Assembly: GCF_004010195.1 (NCBI RefSeq)
Contig: NC_057718.1
Span: 43,337,970 to 43,401,969 of the forward strand
Direction of reading: 5' to 3'
Length of the DNA stretch: 64,000 bases
Source: Chiloscyllium plagiosum
Taxonomy: Eukaryota
The notes below the pieces were generated by a model. It saw nothing but the letters and a program-made list of their open reading frames with translations, was not told the DNA's origin and did not search any database. Below, one piece after another: positions 52,422 through 64,000 of this stretch. Numbering within the stretch: position 1 is the stretch's first letter; every line of letters begins with the position of its first letter. A program made the translations under genes and the position numbers.

Positions 52422-52762
52422 CTGTGACCAATGCCTGGTTTGGCAAGGCCACAAAACTGTATTCACTATACCACGGACAAGGCATCTCGAGCCATGAAGT
52501 CTATCAGCATTGTTTCTCTTGTAGGGTTTCCATAGGCCCAAGTGTTAGTTGACTGCACTCACATATAATCAAGGTATTATCAAATCAGCCAGGTGCCTTT
52601 GTTAAGCGGAAATGCTTCTATCCCCTTAATGTCTTCTGGTCTTTGATCATTGCAAGATCTTCATTAATTTTTATTCTTGGTTTCTGGGCAGTTGTCACTA
52701 CTCTTTATCCTTTGGTGATCTCATTCACCACAGGATCTTTAGAGACAAGGGATACATATTCA

Positions 52763-53389
52763 TGCCCTCCAACAACCTACCCTCCTGTCCTGGCACCCTC
52801 CCCTGCCACCACAGGAATTGCAAAACCTGTGCCCACACCTCCTCCCTCACCTACATCCAAGGCCCCAGTGGAGCCTTCCACATCCATCAAAGTTTTACGT
52901 GCACATCCACCAATATCATTTATTGTATCTGTTGCTCCCGACGCGGTCTCCTCTACATTGGGGAGACTGGATGCCTCTTAGCAGATCACTTTAGGGAATA
53001 CCTCTGGTACACCCGCACCAATCAACCATACCGCCCTGTGGCCCAACATTTCAACTCCACCCCCCACTCAGCCGAGGACATGGAGGTCCTGGGCCCCCTT
53101 CACCACCACTCCCTCACCACCCGATATCTGGAGGAAGAACGCCTCATTTTATGCCTCCGAACACTTCAACCCCAGGGCATCANNNNNNNNNNNNNNNNNN
53201 NNNNNNNNNNNNNNNNNNNNNNNNNNNNNNNNNNNNNNNNNNNNNNNNNNACCCCCCTCTCATTTATCTCTCCACCCTTCAGGCACTCTGCCTCTATTCC
53301 TGATGATGGGCTTTTGCCTGAAACTTTGATTTTCCTGCTCCTCGGATGCTGCCTGAACTGCTGTGCTTTTCCAGCGCCACTCTAATCTA
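52763..53389 (+). mobile_element. 5'-truncated PLE: GIY-YIG endonuclease plus 3' pLTR with hammerhead motif (53296-53331)
   Basis: CHHRNCKTC...NIIYCICCSRRGLLYIGETG...FREYL...VAQHFN...EERLI...LQPQGI; probable TSD gatacatattca (52751-52762) / gatacttactca (53390-53401). Confidence 0.92.
53183..53250. other. Assembly gap (68 N)
   Basis: Run of N inside the C-rich PLE 3' region. Confidence 1.
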
Positions 53390-54508
53390 GATACTTACTC
53401 ACAACCTGGTGCAGGAAATGGTATAACTGACTATTGTTTCTCTGCTCGTGATATGGATTCTGATTTCTCCATTGAAATAAAGAACATAATAATATAGCTA
53501 ATGTTTTAATAAGCACCAAAGTGAATCCCTTTGGTCACTAAGTTATTCTTATATTAGCCTTTCTACTAATTAGACATGGTACTACCCTATTGGGTTCAGA
53601 CAGGTGAAAGCAGACTGCTCACTCCCCTGCTTTGAGATACAGTTGGTGAGTGTCCTCTGGGTTGGAGAACCTGTGAGAGACCTTCCAAAGACTATTCTAA
53701 CATTTACAGAACAGACTTGGTTATTGGTGCAGCTGGCAGCTCTGTAGAGAGAGAGATAGAGCATAGGCCAGCAGAGAGAGTGGGTTGGGAAGACACTACT
53801 GCAATGTCCTCTTTCTCTCAGCACTCACATTTATTCCTTTCTAGCCAAGAATAAGACAGCACGTTGCTGTGTGGAGGTGTTGCAGAGTGACCTGGGTAAG
53901 GCTTTGACTGGTGTAAACTGGCAACAGCAACATGAAGGCATCTGGTCCAGGCCCAAATGCCACAGATGTCATGGCACTTCTGCTTGAGGTGGTTCCTCAA
54001 TTATCTCTTGACAAGTATGTACTACCTCGAGAAATGCCGACAGAAGCACACACATTGTTTCTGCACTGTACCTTTTTCATCAATTTTCAGCATCTAGGTT
54101 CAGCTGAATAGAATTGAAGAGAGTTGCATGCCTCTCCCCACAAAATAAAAATCTCCACAAAGGGTCTCTCCATTACTGTCTCTGTCTCTAGTACCTCACC
54201 TTACTCACATGAATGTGCTTATCTATTGAGAGCTGGGTATCTGCACTGGTGGATGGTACACCCTTTAGAGTACTCATCCTCCTCTGAAGACCGTGGGATG
54301 ATCCGTCATTCCCTCTGTTAAGACCTTACAAGGAAGAAGGAGATTAAATATATGATTTAGAGCTGAAACTAGGTGAAATAGGGTCCAAACATTGCGTAAC
54401 ATGGATAATAAAAGCTCATGTGTTGTTGAGATTAATTCAACGTGAGTGATTGGTAAGGACCAGATGGTAGTTCATTCTTTAATATTACTACCAGTTCATT
54501 AGGCCATG

Positions 54509-54590
54509 CTTGATCTCACCAATGGCCAGTTCCTCATCCTTGAACTCACCAGTGGCCAGTTTCTCATCCTTGATCTCACCAGTGGCCAGT
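54509..54590 (+). repeat. 30-bp tandem repeat, ~2.7 copies
   Basis: cttgatctcaccagtggccagttYctcatc repeated head to tail. Confidence 0.95.
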
Positions 54591-55931
54591 ATTAAGCCAC
54601 CCTAATGACCTCAAAGTTGCCCTACTTCATTGTAACTACGATGCTATAGCTAGAGTTCAACACCTGGCTCTTAGCCACACGATTGAGTTTTGAGCTCTCA
54701 TTAGTTGGAAGTTTGAAGTATCACTTGTGGCTCCCACTTATGTTCTAAATTGAAGCTTTAAAATGAGTCAATAAATTTCCAGATAAGGGCCTCATTGCAC
54801 CACCATCTTCATCTAATGGGCAGCACGAAAGCTTGGAAACAATGTGTGGCCTGATAGTGTCAACCCTGTTGGCTGCTGGTCAGTCAAAGAGGGAGGGGTT
54901 GATCCTTCCCAGTTCCATTGTGTTAATTGGAGGCCCCTCTCTCCTCAGTTTTGACCCTCACAAAACCATCCACAAGGCCCTGCCAACCTATCCCATGGCA
55001 AAATCCAGTCTTACTTGGGTTTGTGGGTATCCATGGATCCTCTTCCTCCTGCAATATAGGCAATGACCACTCATCCCGGTGTGGCAAAGAGTTGCAGGCC
55101 TCGGATCGTCCTGCGGCTCTACGAGGCAGAACATCATTGTTAAGGTGGCAGAAATATTCCATACAAATCAATCAGCCACTGCCTCATAAATTAAAACAAG
55201 GCAAGTCGACCAAGCCAAGGCAGACTGACCCTTATACAATTACACCAAGGTGTGGTCTGCTCCACAAAACACGAAAACAACATAAATTCATCTGACTTTC
55301 ACTTTTGAGTATACTCATTTATGTTTGGGTAATTTTCTGAATGCAAGCTGTCTTGCATAACTACATATCATGAAAATAATAGGCACTTTGTGTGTGATTT
55401 TTCATCCATTGATTTTAATTGAAAAATCACAGGCAATTAGTAAGTAAGATTCCTCAACAACTGTGTGCACTTTAAACAATACCCTCCTAATAATCTCATA
55501 CTAAAAGACAATTGATGACAAATCAAAGGAAAGAAGGAATGAAAATAAAATACAGAGACATGATTGATTATTGCATTAACTACAGTTGGTTTACTTGTTC
55601 TGAGACCTGGTGCAGTTGCATTAAGTCCTTGGCTCAGATTTTCCATGGATCAGCAATCATCACAAGATTGATGCTCCACTCGACCTTTTGCCCACCCCGA
55701 CATTGCTCTGTATTTCTTGATGGGACTTCCGACACCAGCTTCTCCAGAACTGGAGAATAAATCTTCAATTGGATTGCTTTGTCACTGCACTGAAGAGTCT
55801 GGGGAAGTTTGGACAAGCCACTTTTCTAACAGCACTTGTTACCATAAGGCAGTTTTAAACACTCAGTCTTTCAATAGAATGAATGAGTGAATGGCTGCAT
55901 GACCAATGTGCAAATGGTTAGGATGGGAAGG

Positions 55932-56939
55932 GTTTAGATCAGAGTGGTGCTGGAAAAGCACAGCAGATCAGGCAGCATCTGAAGAGCAGGAAAATCGACA
56001 TTTCAGGCAAAAGTCCTTCATCAGGAATAGAGGCAGGAAGCCTCCAGGGTGGAGAGATAAATGTGGGTGGGGGTGTGGAGAAGGTAGCAAAGAGTACAAT
56101 GGGTGAATGTGGGTGGGGATGGAAGTGATAGGTCAGAGGGGAGGGTGGAGCGGATAGGTGGGAAGGGAGATTGACAGGTAGGACAGGTCATGGGGACAGT
56201 GCTGAGCTGGAAGGGTGGAACTGGGGTAAAGTGGGGGGCGGGGAAATGAGGAATCTGGTGAAGTCCACATTGATGCCCTGGGGTTGAAGTGTTCCGAGGT
56301 GAAAGATGAGGTGTTTCTCCTCCAGGCATTGGGTGGTGAGGGAGCGGCGGTGGAAGAGGCCCAGGACCTGCATGTCCTTGGCAGAGTCGGAGGGGGAGTT
56401 GAAATGTTGAGCCACGGGGTGGTGGGGTTGATTGGTGTGGATATCCCAGAGATGTTCCCAGAAGCGCTCTGCGAGGAGGTGTCCAGTCTCCCCAATGTGG
56501 AGGAGACTGTATCGGGAGCAATGGATACAATAAATGACTTTGGTGGATATGTAGGTGAAACTTTGATGGATGTGGAAGGCTCCTTTAGGGCCTTGGATGG
56601 TGGTGATGGAGGAGCTGTGGGTGCAGGTTTTGCAATTCCTACGGTGGCAGGGGAGGGTGCCAGGACGGGAGGGTGGTTTGTTGGAGGGCGTGGACCTGAC
56701 CAGGTAGCCACCTCCACCCCACCCCCATTCACCTATTGTACTCTTTGCTACCTTCTCCCCAGCCTCATCCCCCATTTATCTCTCCACCCTGGAGGCTTCC
56801 TGCCTCTATTCCTGATGATGGGCTTTTGCCTGAAACGTTGATTTTCCTGCTCCTCGGATGCTGCCTGACCTGCTGTGCATTTGCAGCACCACTCTGATCT
56901 AAACTCTAGTTTCCACCATCTGCAGTCCTCACTTTTGCC
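55932..56939 (-). mobile_element. PLE with GIY-YIG ORF remnant between ~190-bp inverted pLTRs
   Basis: The minus ORF has CHRRNCKTC...VIYCIHCSRYSLLHIGETG...LGTLQPQGINVDF. Arms ~55932-56122 and ~56712-56904 are reverse complements. TSD taggatgggaagg (55919-55931) / taggaggggaagg (56940-56952). Hammerhead motifs at 55993-56028 (-) and 56808-56843 (+). Confidence 0.93.
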
Positions 56940-58299
56940 TAGGAGGGGAAGGATGGCAGTTGGGCGAGGGTGTGGGTCTATAAGGTGTCAGTAGAGTAGG
57001 GTGGAAAGTGGGTGAGATGGTAGTTGCATTGGGTGGTAGGTGGGTAGAGTGAGTAAGGTGACAAACGTGGGTAAGGGGATTTGGGCCTGGAAGAGTAATC
57101 AGGTTTGGAGCTAGTCAGGTCTGGTTAGCTGTATGCAGTTGGAAGAAGGCGGAGTTTGGAGGAATAGTAACATTGTCACAATGGTTAGTGAAAGGTTCAG
57201 GATGGTGGTCAGGTATTTGAGAGGCAGGTAGCAGTGGGGACCAGAGGTGTGTATTAAGGAAGTCAAGGGTGAATGAGAATGGAGGCCATTGTGCGTGATT
57301 CAATATTAGGTACGTAGTTTCCCAGGAGTTGGACTAGGATCTTTCTAACATTTCTAGGGCAACTATTCAGGTATATTAGACATATTTGTGGACATGCCTG
57401 GATAGCAGGAGACTTGACCTGTTGGAAGTTCACTTTCCTATTGGGAGCAGCACATCAAGATATTTGTGGGGGCTGACATATATCTTGGCTTATACATTTG
57501 ATCTCTGATAATTTTGCTATTCCAGAAAATTTTGGCTCATATTTCAAAACTATCAAACTTACTCTTATTGATTTTTTTTGCAAACTTTAGAACTTACTAA
57601 CAATATTTAGTTTGTTTAGTTCGCCATTAATTTTTGAAATGATCTGAAAAAAAAGTGAAAATGCCTCCTGCATAAATATTGGGAGGGATCAATACTGTAT
57701 GGAAAAATAAGCAATAACTTAAGGGAATCAATTGCTGCCTCATCTTTAGTTAGAGATTTGTGAGTTCTAACTCTATAGTAGGATTTGTTTGCATTGTTTA
57801 CATTGATATTCCCAACATTACTGGGAAATTGGTACACTGTATGAAGTTTTATCCTTTGGATGAAGAGCTGAACAAAGGTCCTTTTTGTCTTTTTTAGGTA
57901 GGTATCAGAGGTATCCATAATGCTGAATGAAAAGAAGATTTTGTGATTTCTTGTAAATATTTATTTCTCAACTAATACAACCACCAATAAAAATCAACAG
58001 GCCATACTATACGACCAGAGATAATGACAGATGGATTAAAAGTAAAATATTATAGAGTTTATTATGTATTCACAAATAATAATCAAAGTGGTAATACAAA
58101 ACACTGAACACCTTCATTCCAATTTCTATAAGTTCGAAATTTAATGAAGTACTTCTACAAAAATGTCTTTAGCATAAATTCTTTATAAATGATTAAAATG
58201 TGAGCGTACTGAGTTTTTGAAACTGAAAACCACACAAGAAAAGTGGTGCAAAAGTCGAGAAACCGAGGTTGTTGTTAAATATGAAATGAAAAGCTTCTA

Positions 58300-58800
58300 T
58301 GAAGTATATTCCCATCAACTGTTGATGACTTCATCATATTGCTTGGTAAAACTCAAATCATGGACAGATAGGTGAAGCATTTTAAGAATTCATGAAACCA
58401 GAAGTCCAGCAATGGAAATGTCACAGATCAACTAAATTAAGACTGATCATTGTCTTTTGTTGAAGCATTTTCAATGGCTGAGACCATGAAGGCAATCAAT
58501 TTTCTCTCCAGTGGCAAGATACCAGGTTCTCATGCTCTAAATGCTTAGAAGAATTAGCAGGAGGATATCAACTAGTACAGTTGCTGACTTATGTAGTCTA
58601 ATGTAGAAAATAAAATTCCATAACAGTACAAAGAAACAGATATTAACCATCTATTCAAACACTGGGGAAGGTAAGATATATGTTTGACAATCATACAGGA
58701 ATTTGCCTTATTTTCAAATGAAGCATTTTCAATATGCATGAAGCATAGAGCCAAAATATTTCCTTGTTCATACCCATGGATTCAGAAAAGACAGAAATAC
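58300..58800 (+). mobile_element. RTE-clade LINE fragment
   Basis: ETMKAINFLSSGKIPGSHALNA, then DNHTGICL (like the RTE motif dNyRGIsLL). Confidence 0.65.
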
Positions 58801-58817
58801 TATCAATGTGGTCTTTA

Positions 58818-59250
58818 CATAGAAACATAGAAAATAGGAACCGCAGCAAGCCATTCAGCCCTTCCAGCCTGCTCCTGCATTCAATATAATCTAGTGTTAT
58901 CGTCCAATCCTTTTCTTCTCATATCCTTTGATCCCTTTAGTCTGAAGAACCATATCAAACACCATCTTCAAAACATTCAATTTTTTAGCCTCCATCACCT
59001 TCTGAGGTCGAGAATTCCACAGGTTCATCACTCTCTGAGCGAAGAAATTTCTCCTCATCTCAGTCCTAAATAGCCTACCTCATATCCTGAAACTGAGGCA
59101 CTGGTTCTGGACTTCCTAATTAATGGGGAATATCCTTCCTGTCTTTAATCTGTTTTGTCTTGTTCAAATTTTATTGGTTTCTGTGACATAACCCCTATAT
59201 TCTTTTAAACTGCAGCGAATATAGTCCTAACTGATGCCGTCTCTCTTCAT
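58818..59250 (-). mobile_element. CR1 3' end
   Basis: catagaaacatagaaaatagg tail; homologous to 21945-22380. Confidence 0.85.
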
Positions 59251-59479
59251 AATTTAAATGTTATAATTTAAATTTTAGGTGAAGTGTTAAGAACAAAACC
59301 CAGACATTATATCTTGGCTGTCAACATAGATGATCCTCAGGAAATTCTTGACTAAATTTCCCACCCTCAAAATTGGCCACCCATTTCCTGATGACCAAAA
59401 CTCAATGGGTATACCTATCAGGAGAGAATAAATGATGGAGTCTGTTTTGATTTGAAAAACAAAAGACTGCAGGGTAATA

Positions 59480-59790
59480 GATTATTTTCTACTTATGAAG
59501 GATTTGATACTTACAGACAGAATGCTTCTACTTATGAGGAAGAACAAACTAGAGACCATCAATATAAGAGAAAATTTACGAGTAACCTCTTTATCTAGAG
59601 AATAGTGAGAAAATGGAACTCATTAACACTGGAAGTAGTTGAACAGCATAATGTTGAAAAGTTTAATGCTAGGCTAGATAAGGGGGAATTGAGGGAGAAT
59701 AGAATTACTTTGATATAGTTATAGGAGGAAAGATTCAAGAAGACTCAAATGAAGCACAAATTAACAGGATGATTGATTTGTGTACTGTAC
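59480..59790 (+). mobile_element. Old CR1 3' fragment
   Basis: aaactagagaccatcaatataag...agagaatagtgagaaaatggaactcatta. Confidence 0.55.
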
Positions 59791-60299
59791 ATCCTAGGCA
59801 ATACAAAGTAATCCTATTTAAATTTACTACTTTAAAATATGTTAAGGCTAACTGAATGGCGGCAACTAAATATCAGTTCAGCCAAAATATGAATGGGTTT
59901 ATGGAGAAAAAAAGGTTTTTTTTGTTAATATGATATTAAATCAGTGATCGAATGACAAATTACTTTTGGAGATGGGTTTCTCAATAATGTTGCTGATACA
60001 GACTCCCAGTTTCAACATTATCTTGATACAAACTAATGAAAGATATATAAACAATTGAGGCACCTTAATTAATTTTTTTTGGGGGGGGATTTTATGACCC
60101 AGTGATGTTTCCATGACATGCTTATCGGAGGCTGAGTCAGGTGCCTGGGATACAATCTAGAGAGCAGGAAAATTTTGCAGAAAAGGTCCCTTTTTACAAT
60201 CTCTACTCGAGACTGGAGGGAGAATTAACCTTTTTAAAGATTCACTTACTGCTTATAACCATTCAAACATTGAACAATCATCTACTGCTGTGCACAGAA

Positions 60300-60540
60300 A
60301 CAAGATCGTGTTAGTTGTAATAGACTTAGAGGTCCAGTTCAAAATGGCATGAATAGATATAGAAAATAATTAACAGAGCTAGCCTTCATATCCAGAAGAC
60401 TGGAATAAAAGGGGGTGGAAATCAACTTTAACTACAGAAGACTTAGATTATTGTGAACAGTTCTTGGCAAATACCTTAAGAATGATATATTGTCTTTGAA
60501 GTGAATGCTGCATTGTTTGACAGAAATGATACCAAGTTAC
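60300..60540 (+). mobile_element. Old CR1 RT fragment
   Basis: gctagccttcatatccagaagactggaataaaag (LAFISRRLE). Confidence 0.55.
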
Positions 60541-61699
60541 CAATTTTCAGCCTGGGTCAAGAAGTGTAGAGATGGGACATTTCCCATCCCGTCAAACCCT
60601 ACCCAGGAGAAATTGGCTCAGAACTTCAGATTTGGAATTCTTGTGTGCAGTAGGATTCCCTGTGAGCAGACTGGTGGCCCCTAAATGAAAACTAAGGCTA
60701 CTATTAGCAGACGTGTGCTGTACACATGCATTGATGTTGTGTGGAATATTAATAAAAGACAATTAATACCAAAAACAGCCCTCCAGTCCTCACTGCTCAT
60801 ACCACCTCCCTCCCACCACATTCCCCATGCTCCACCCATGATAACTTACATTTCATACTCTATGTCACTCTAACTACCAATGCCACCTCATACCACCAAT
60901 GTCACCCCATGCTCCTTCATACTCATCCATAGACGCCCATAGCCTAAATGCCTCCTAATGCCCGGTGTCCAATCCCTATGATCTCTCCACACCCTGCATA
61001 CAAGCGCATACCCATGTACACACCTCAGTCCTTTATAACCACATGCCAACTTAATGCTAATTCATGTCAACCAATTGCACCAAACATACTGTACCTAGGC
61101 TATGGCCCTACAACCTCCCTTTCATCCTATCAGTTGTATCTTGGCTGCATGCTCCTCCATACTCTCCATGCCAATCAGGGCTGTTCACATCCTTATGACA
61201 CTTTATATCCTCCAAATTCCAATCCCAGTCCCCCACTGCTGTCTCTCCTCCATAGCAACACACCTCGTGCTCACCATTGGCAAATCTCAGGAGCCATGCT
61301 TACATAAATTAAAGTAATACATCTAATGAAAATGTCACCATTTTTAAAACACAATCTCTTTGATAAAACATAAAACACACGTTAATATTTTGGTAGAACC
61401 AAAATACAGCAGATGCTGGAAAACTGAAATAAAAGCGAAAAATGCTGGAGAAGCTTATCACTTTGGTAGAATCTGTAGAAAGAGAAGCATGGTTGATGCT
61501 TTCAGTGCATAAACCTCTGCAGAAGTTGAAATTCCTTTAAATTATCTCTTGCAAAAACAAGCATTTCACTCAAGAACTTAATCTCTTATGTGAGTATATG
61601 TATTCTACAAACACGTGGACTTGTTAGTCAAATTGTTCACTTAACAAGCATCCCAATATGATAATGTTACTTTTCAATTATGGATGACAAATTTTATAA

Positions 61700-62821
61700 T
61701 TTGGAGATGCCGGTGTTGGACTGGGGTGTACAAAGTTAAAAATCACACAACACCAGGTTATAGTCCAACAGGTTTAATTGGAAGCACTAGCTTTCGGAGC
61801 GCTGCTCTTTCAGCAGGTGGTTTAGGAGTATAAGATCGTAGGACACAGAATTTATAGCAAAAGTTTACAGTGTGTTGTAACTTATAGAAAAAAGACCTGA
61901 ATTTTTTAGAATTGGCATGTTAGTATCAGTTCTTTCATATGTAAATTCCAGAACTTGCTTAAAGATACATTCTCAAGTGAACTTTAACAATAAGTGCCAT
62001 GTTGGCCCAGATAATGCACTGAAGGTGTGATGTGCCCTGTGTGAGGCTGTCTTTGCCCCAATGTTCAGATTGATTCTAATCTATAAAAGGGATTTACCCA
62101 ATCTTACATGGATTCATGCAGCTTTTGAACAAAATAAAATGTAATTCTGCAAGTACAAATTTACCTCACAAACCTTTATGTGTGTGTGCGTGTGTGCATG
62201 TGTGTTGGAGGGGTATGCGTTTCTGTGAGAGAGTGTGTATGTGTATGTATGTGAGTGCAAAGGAGTATACTTCTGTGAGAGGGTGCATGTGTGAGTGTGT
62301 GAGCGTTTGTGTGAGCATATGAAAGAAAACTTGTGTATGAGAGAGGGTCTGCGTGAGTGTATGAGTCTGTAGGAGTTTGTGCGTATATGTCTGTCAGAGT
62401 GTCTGTGTGTGTGTGAGAGAGAGAGAGAGAGAAATAGCGAGAGAGAGAGAAATAATTGTTCCAGTGCAGTGGGGTCACCTGTAGTATGACATGAACCCAA
62501 GGTCCTGGTTGCGGCCATTTCCATGGGTACCGAACTTGGCTATCAGCCTCTGCTCAGCCACTTTGCGTTGTTACCTGCCGCGAAGTCCACCTTGGAGGAT
62601 GGTCACCCGAAGGTCCGAGGTCGAATGTCCCGAAACCGCGGAAGTGTTCTCTGACTGGGAGGGAGCACTCCTGTCTGTTGATTGTTGTGCGATGTCCATT
62701 CATCCATTGCCATAGCCTCTGCTAAGTCTCACCAATGTACCATGCCTCAGGGCATTCTTGCCTGCAGCCTTTGAGATAGACAACGTTGGCTGAGTCGCAT
62801 GAATACCTGCCACGTACATGG
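61700..62821 (-). mobile_element. PLE family 2: GIY-YIG C-terminus, long 3' UTR and hammerhead motif (61785-61819)
   Basis: Minus strand SANVVYLKGCRQECPEAWYIGET*QRLWQWMNGHR...AEQRLIAKFGTH; cac-CTGcTGA-aagagcagcgctcc-GAAA-gc-TA-gtg. Confidence 0.9.
62178..62450. repeat. Imperfect (TG)n/(GA)n microsatellite in the PLE 3' UTR
   Basis: Seen directly in the sequence. Confidence 0.9.
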
Positions 62822-62899
62822 TAGCAGCATGACAATACCACAGAACTAGAATGTTTTAAAGGAAGAAAAATAAATAATCATATTATAAAGGCACATTAG

Positions 62900-64000
62900 G
62901 AAGTCATGGCCGGAGAAAAATTATGACCAGAGAGATTTGACTTCAGAGATGCAGCAAATAAAGTGCAGAATTGGACAGCTTGGAGAAATGAACTTAAGAT
63001 ACTATATAAGAAACTGAATAAATTAATATACTATTGCATTGATTTGGAAACATAACTGTTGATGTTATACATCAGCATTGGTATAAAAGAGGCAACTGAC
63101 ATTTTGGTGAAGTTCTGCAAACTTTGCAAAATCAATTTAACCTCAGAACAAAAAAATCTTGCAAGACAATGTTTTAATAGAATCATTCAGAAGAACCCAT
63201 AGATAATTTATTTAATTATCAATACAGATTAGTGAACAGATGTGACTATGGAGCTTTAAAATCAGAATTCATAGCAGACCTGATAATTCTTTGTCAAATG
63301 TATTATTTTAAAAGAAGATCTGGCTTTTGGGAAAGTAATTCGAAAGTGAGTGAAGTGGATGTCTGGAAGCCATACCGATCAATCCTAAGAGGAGAAGATT
63401 AACATTATTACAGGAGAATCCATTCAGTTCTTTAGGTATACAACCCTAAAGACACATGTGAGAAGGGTGAGCCAGATATCAGATGTTGTAAGACCTTGTC
63501 AGGGCTGTGGAGCAAGCAAAGTTCAGAGGCATAAGCAGTGCCAAACTATGAAAAAAATGCCTCATTTGTAAGCACTAAATAACTTACAGAAGCTGTGCCA
63601 AAGGAGGACACCAAGAGAACATCAAGAAGTGAATGGCTACTCACACATAGAGCTTCATGAAATAGAATAGAAGAATGGTCAAAAGGGTTCCTATGACAAA
63701 TGGGTGACCCGGGACTCGCTTTTTGCCAAGAAGATATTTATGTCAATGGACATCGCAACAATTTCAAGCTCAATAGAGGGATGCGTAACACTGTATTATT
63801 AGATCATGTACCTTGGGTGAAGAAATACTGTGAAGAAACAGCCAACAAAAGTGCAACTACATGGTGTAGGAAGTATATCACTTAAGGTTAAAGATATGCT
63901 ATAGGCAATTCTGCAACATAAGAGGATGTCAAATAATAGAGAACATGCAATTAAGAAATCTCATTGACTGTGAATGTAAGTCTTGACCTCAAATTTCTTA
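62900..64000 (+). mobile_element. Degenerate Gypsy gag-protease region, running off the window end
   Basis: PERFDFRDAANKVQNWTAW (gag start), a Cys knuckle CQGCG near 63500, and DIYVNGHRNNFKLNRGMRNTVLLD (decayed FKLDTGA protease motif). Confidence 0.75.

Noticed and set aside
54509..54590. 30-bp repeats of CRISPR-like length
   Set aside because: They are head to tail with no unique spacers, there are no cas genes, and the context is eukaryotic.
55932..56939. Interpretation as a TIR DNA transposon
   Set aside because: The inverted repeats are PLE pLTR sequence and the internal ORF is GIY-YIG, not a DDE transposase.
57616..57918. 100-aa minus-strand ORF
   Set aside because: No recognisable homology or exon signals.
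62114..62524. His/Thr-rich ORFs
   Set aside because: These are translations of the (CA)/(CT) microsatellite.

Overview
This is eukaryotic, AT-rich, repeat-dense non-coding DNA, most likely from a shark. The repeat set (HE1-type tRNA-derived SINEs with (TAATC)n tails, HER1/CR1 LINEs, L2, RTE, Rex1, Penelope-like elements, Gypsy relics, Harbinger relics, a Tigger-like MITE) is typical of elasmobranchs; the taxon is an inference. I could not identify an intact host protein-coding gene, so this is probably a large intron or intergenic tract. The longer ORFs in the track that I could assign are transposon remnants or their antisense frames; the rest look like chance ORFs. The main signals are: (1) a series of Penelope-like (PLE) insertions built as fold-back units with 12-19 bp target-site duplications and minimal hammerhead-ribozyme motifs, from a 57-bp stub up to about 1 kb; (2) a ~260-bp-arm inverted duplication at 36270-37365 whose outer end lies inside a minisatellite; (3) two ~70-bp segments duplicated 1.6-2 kb away, which look like templated insertions; (4) a few weak exon/microexon and conserved-enhancer candidates. 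Family assignments come from motifs recognised by eye, not database searches, and the boundaries of old elements are approximate.
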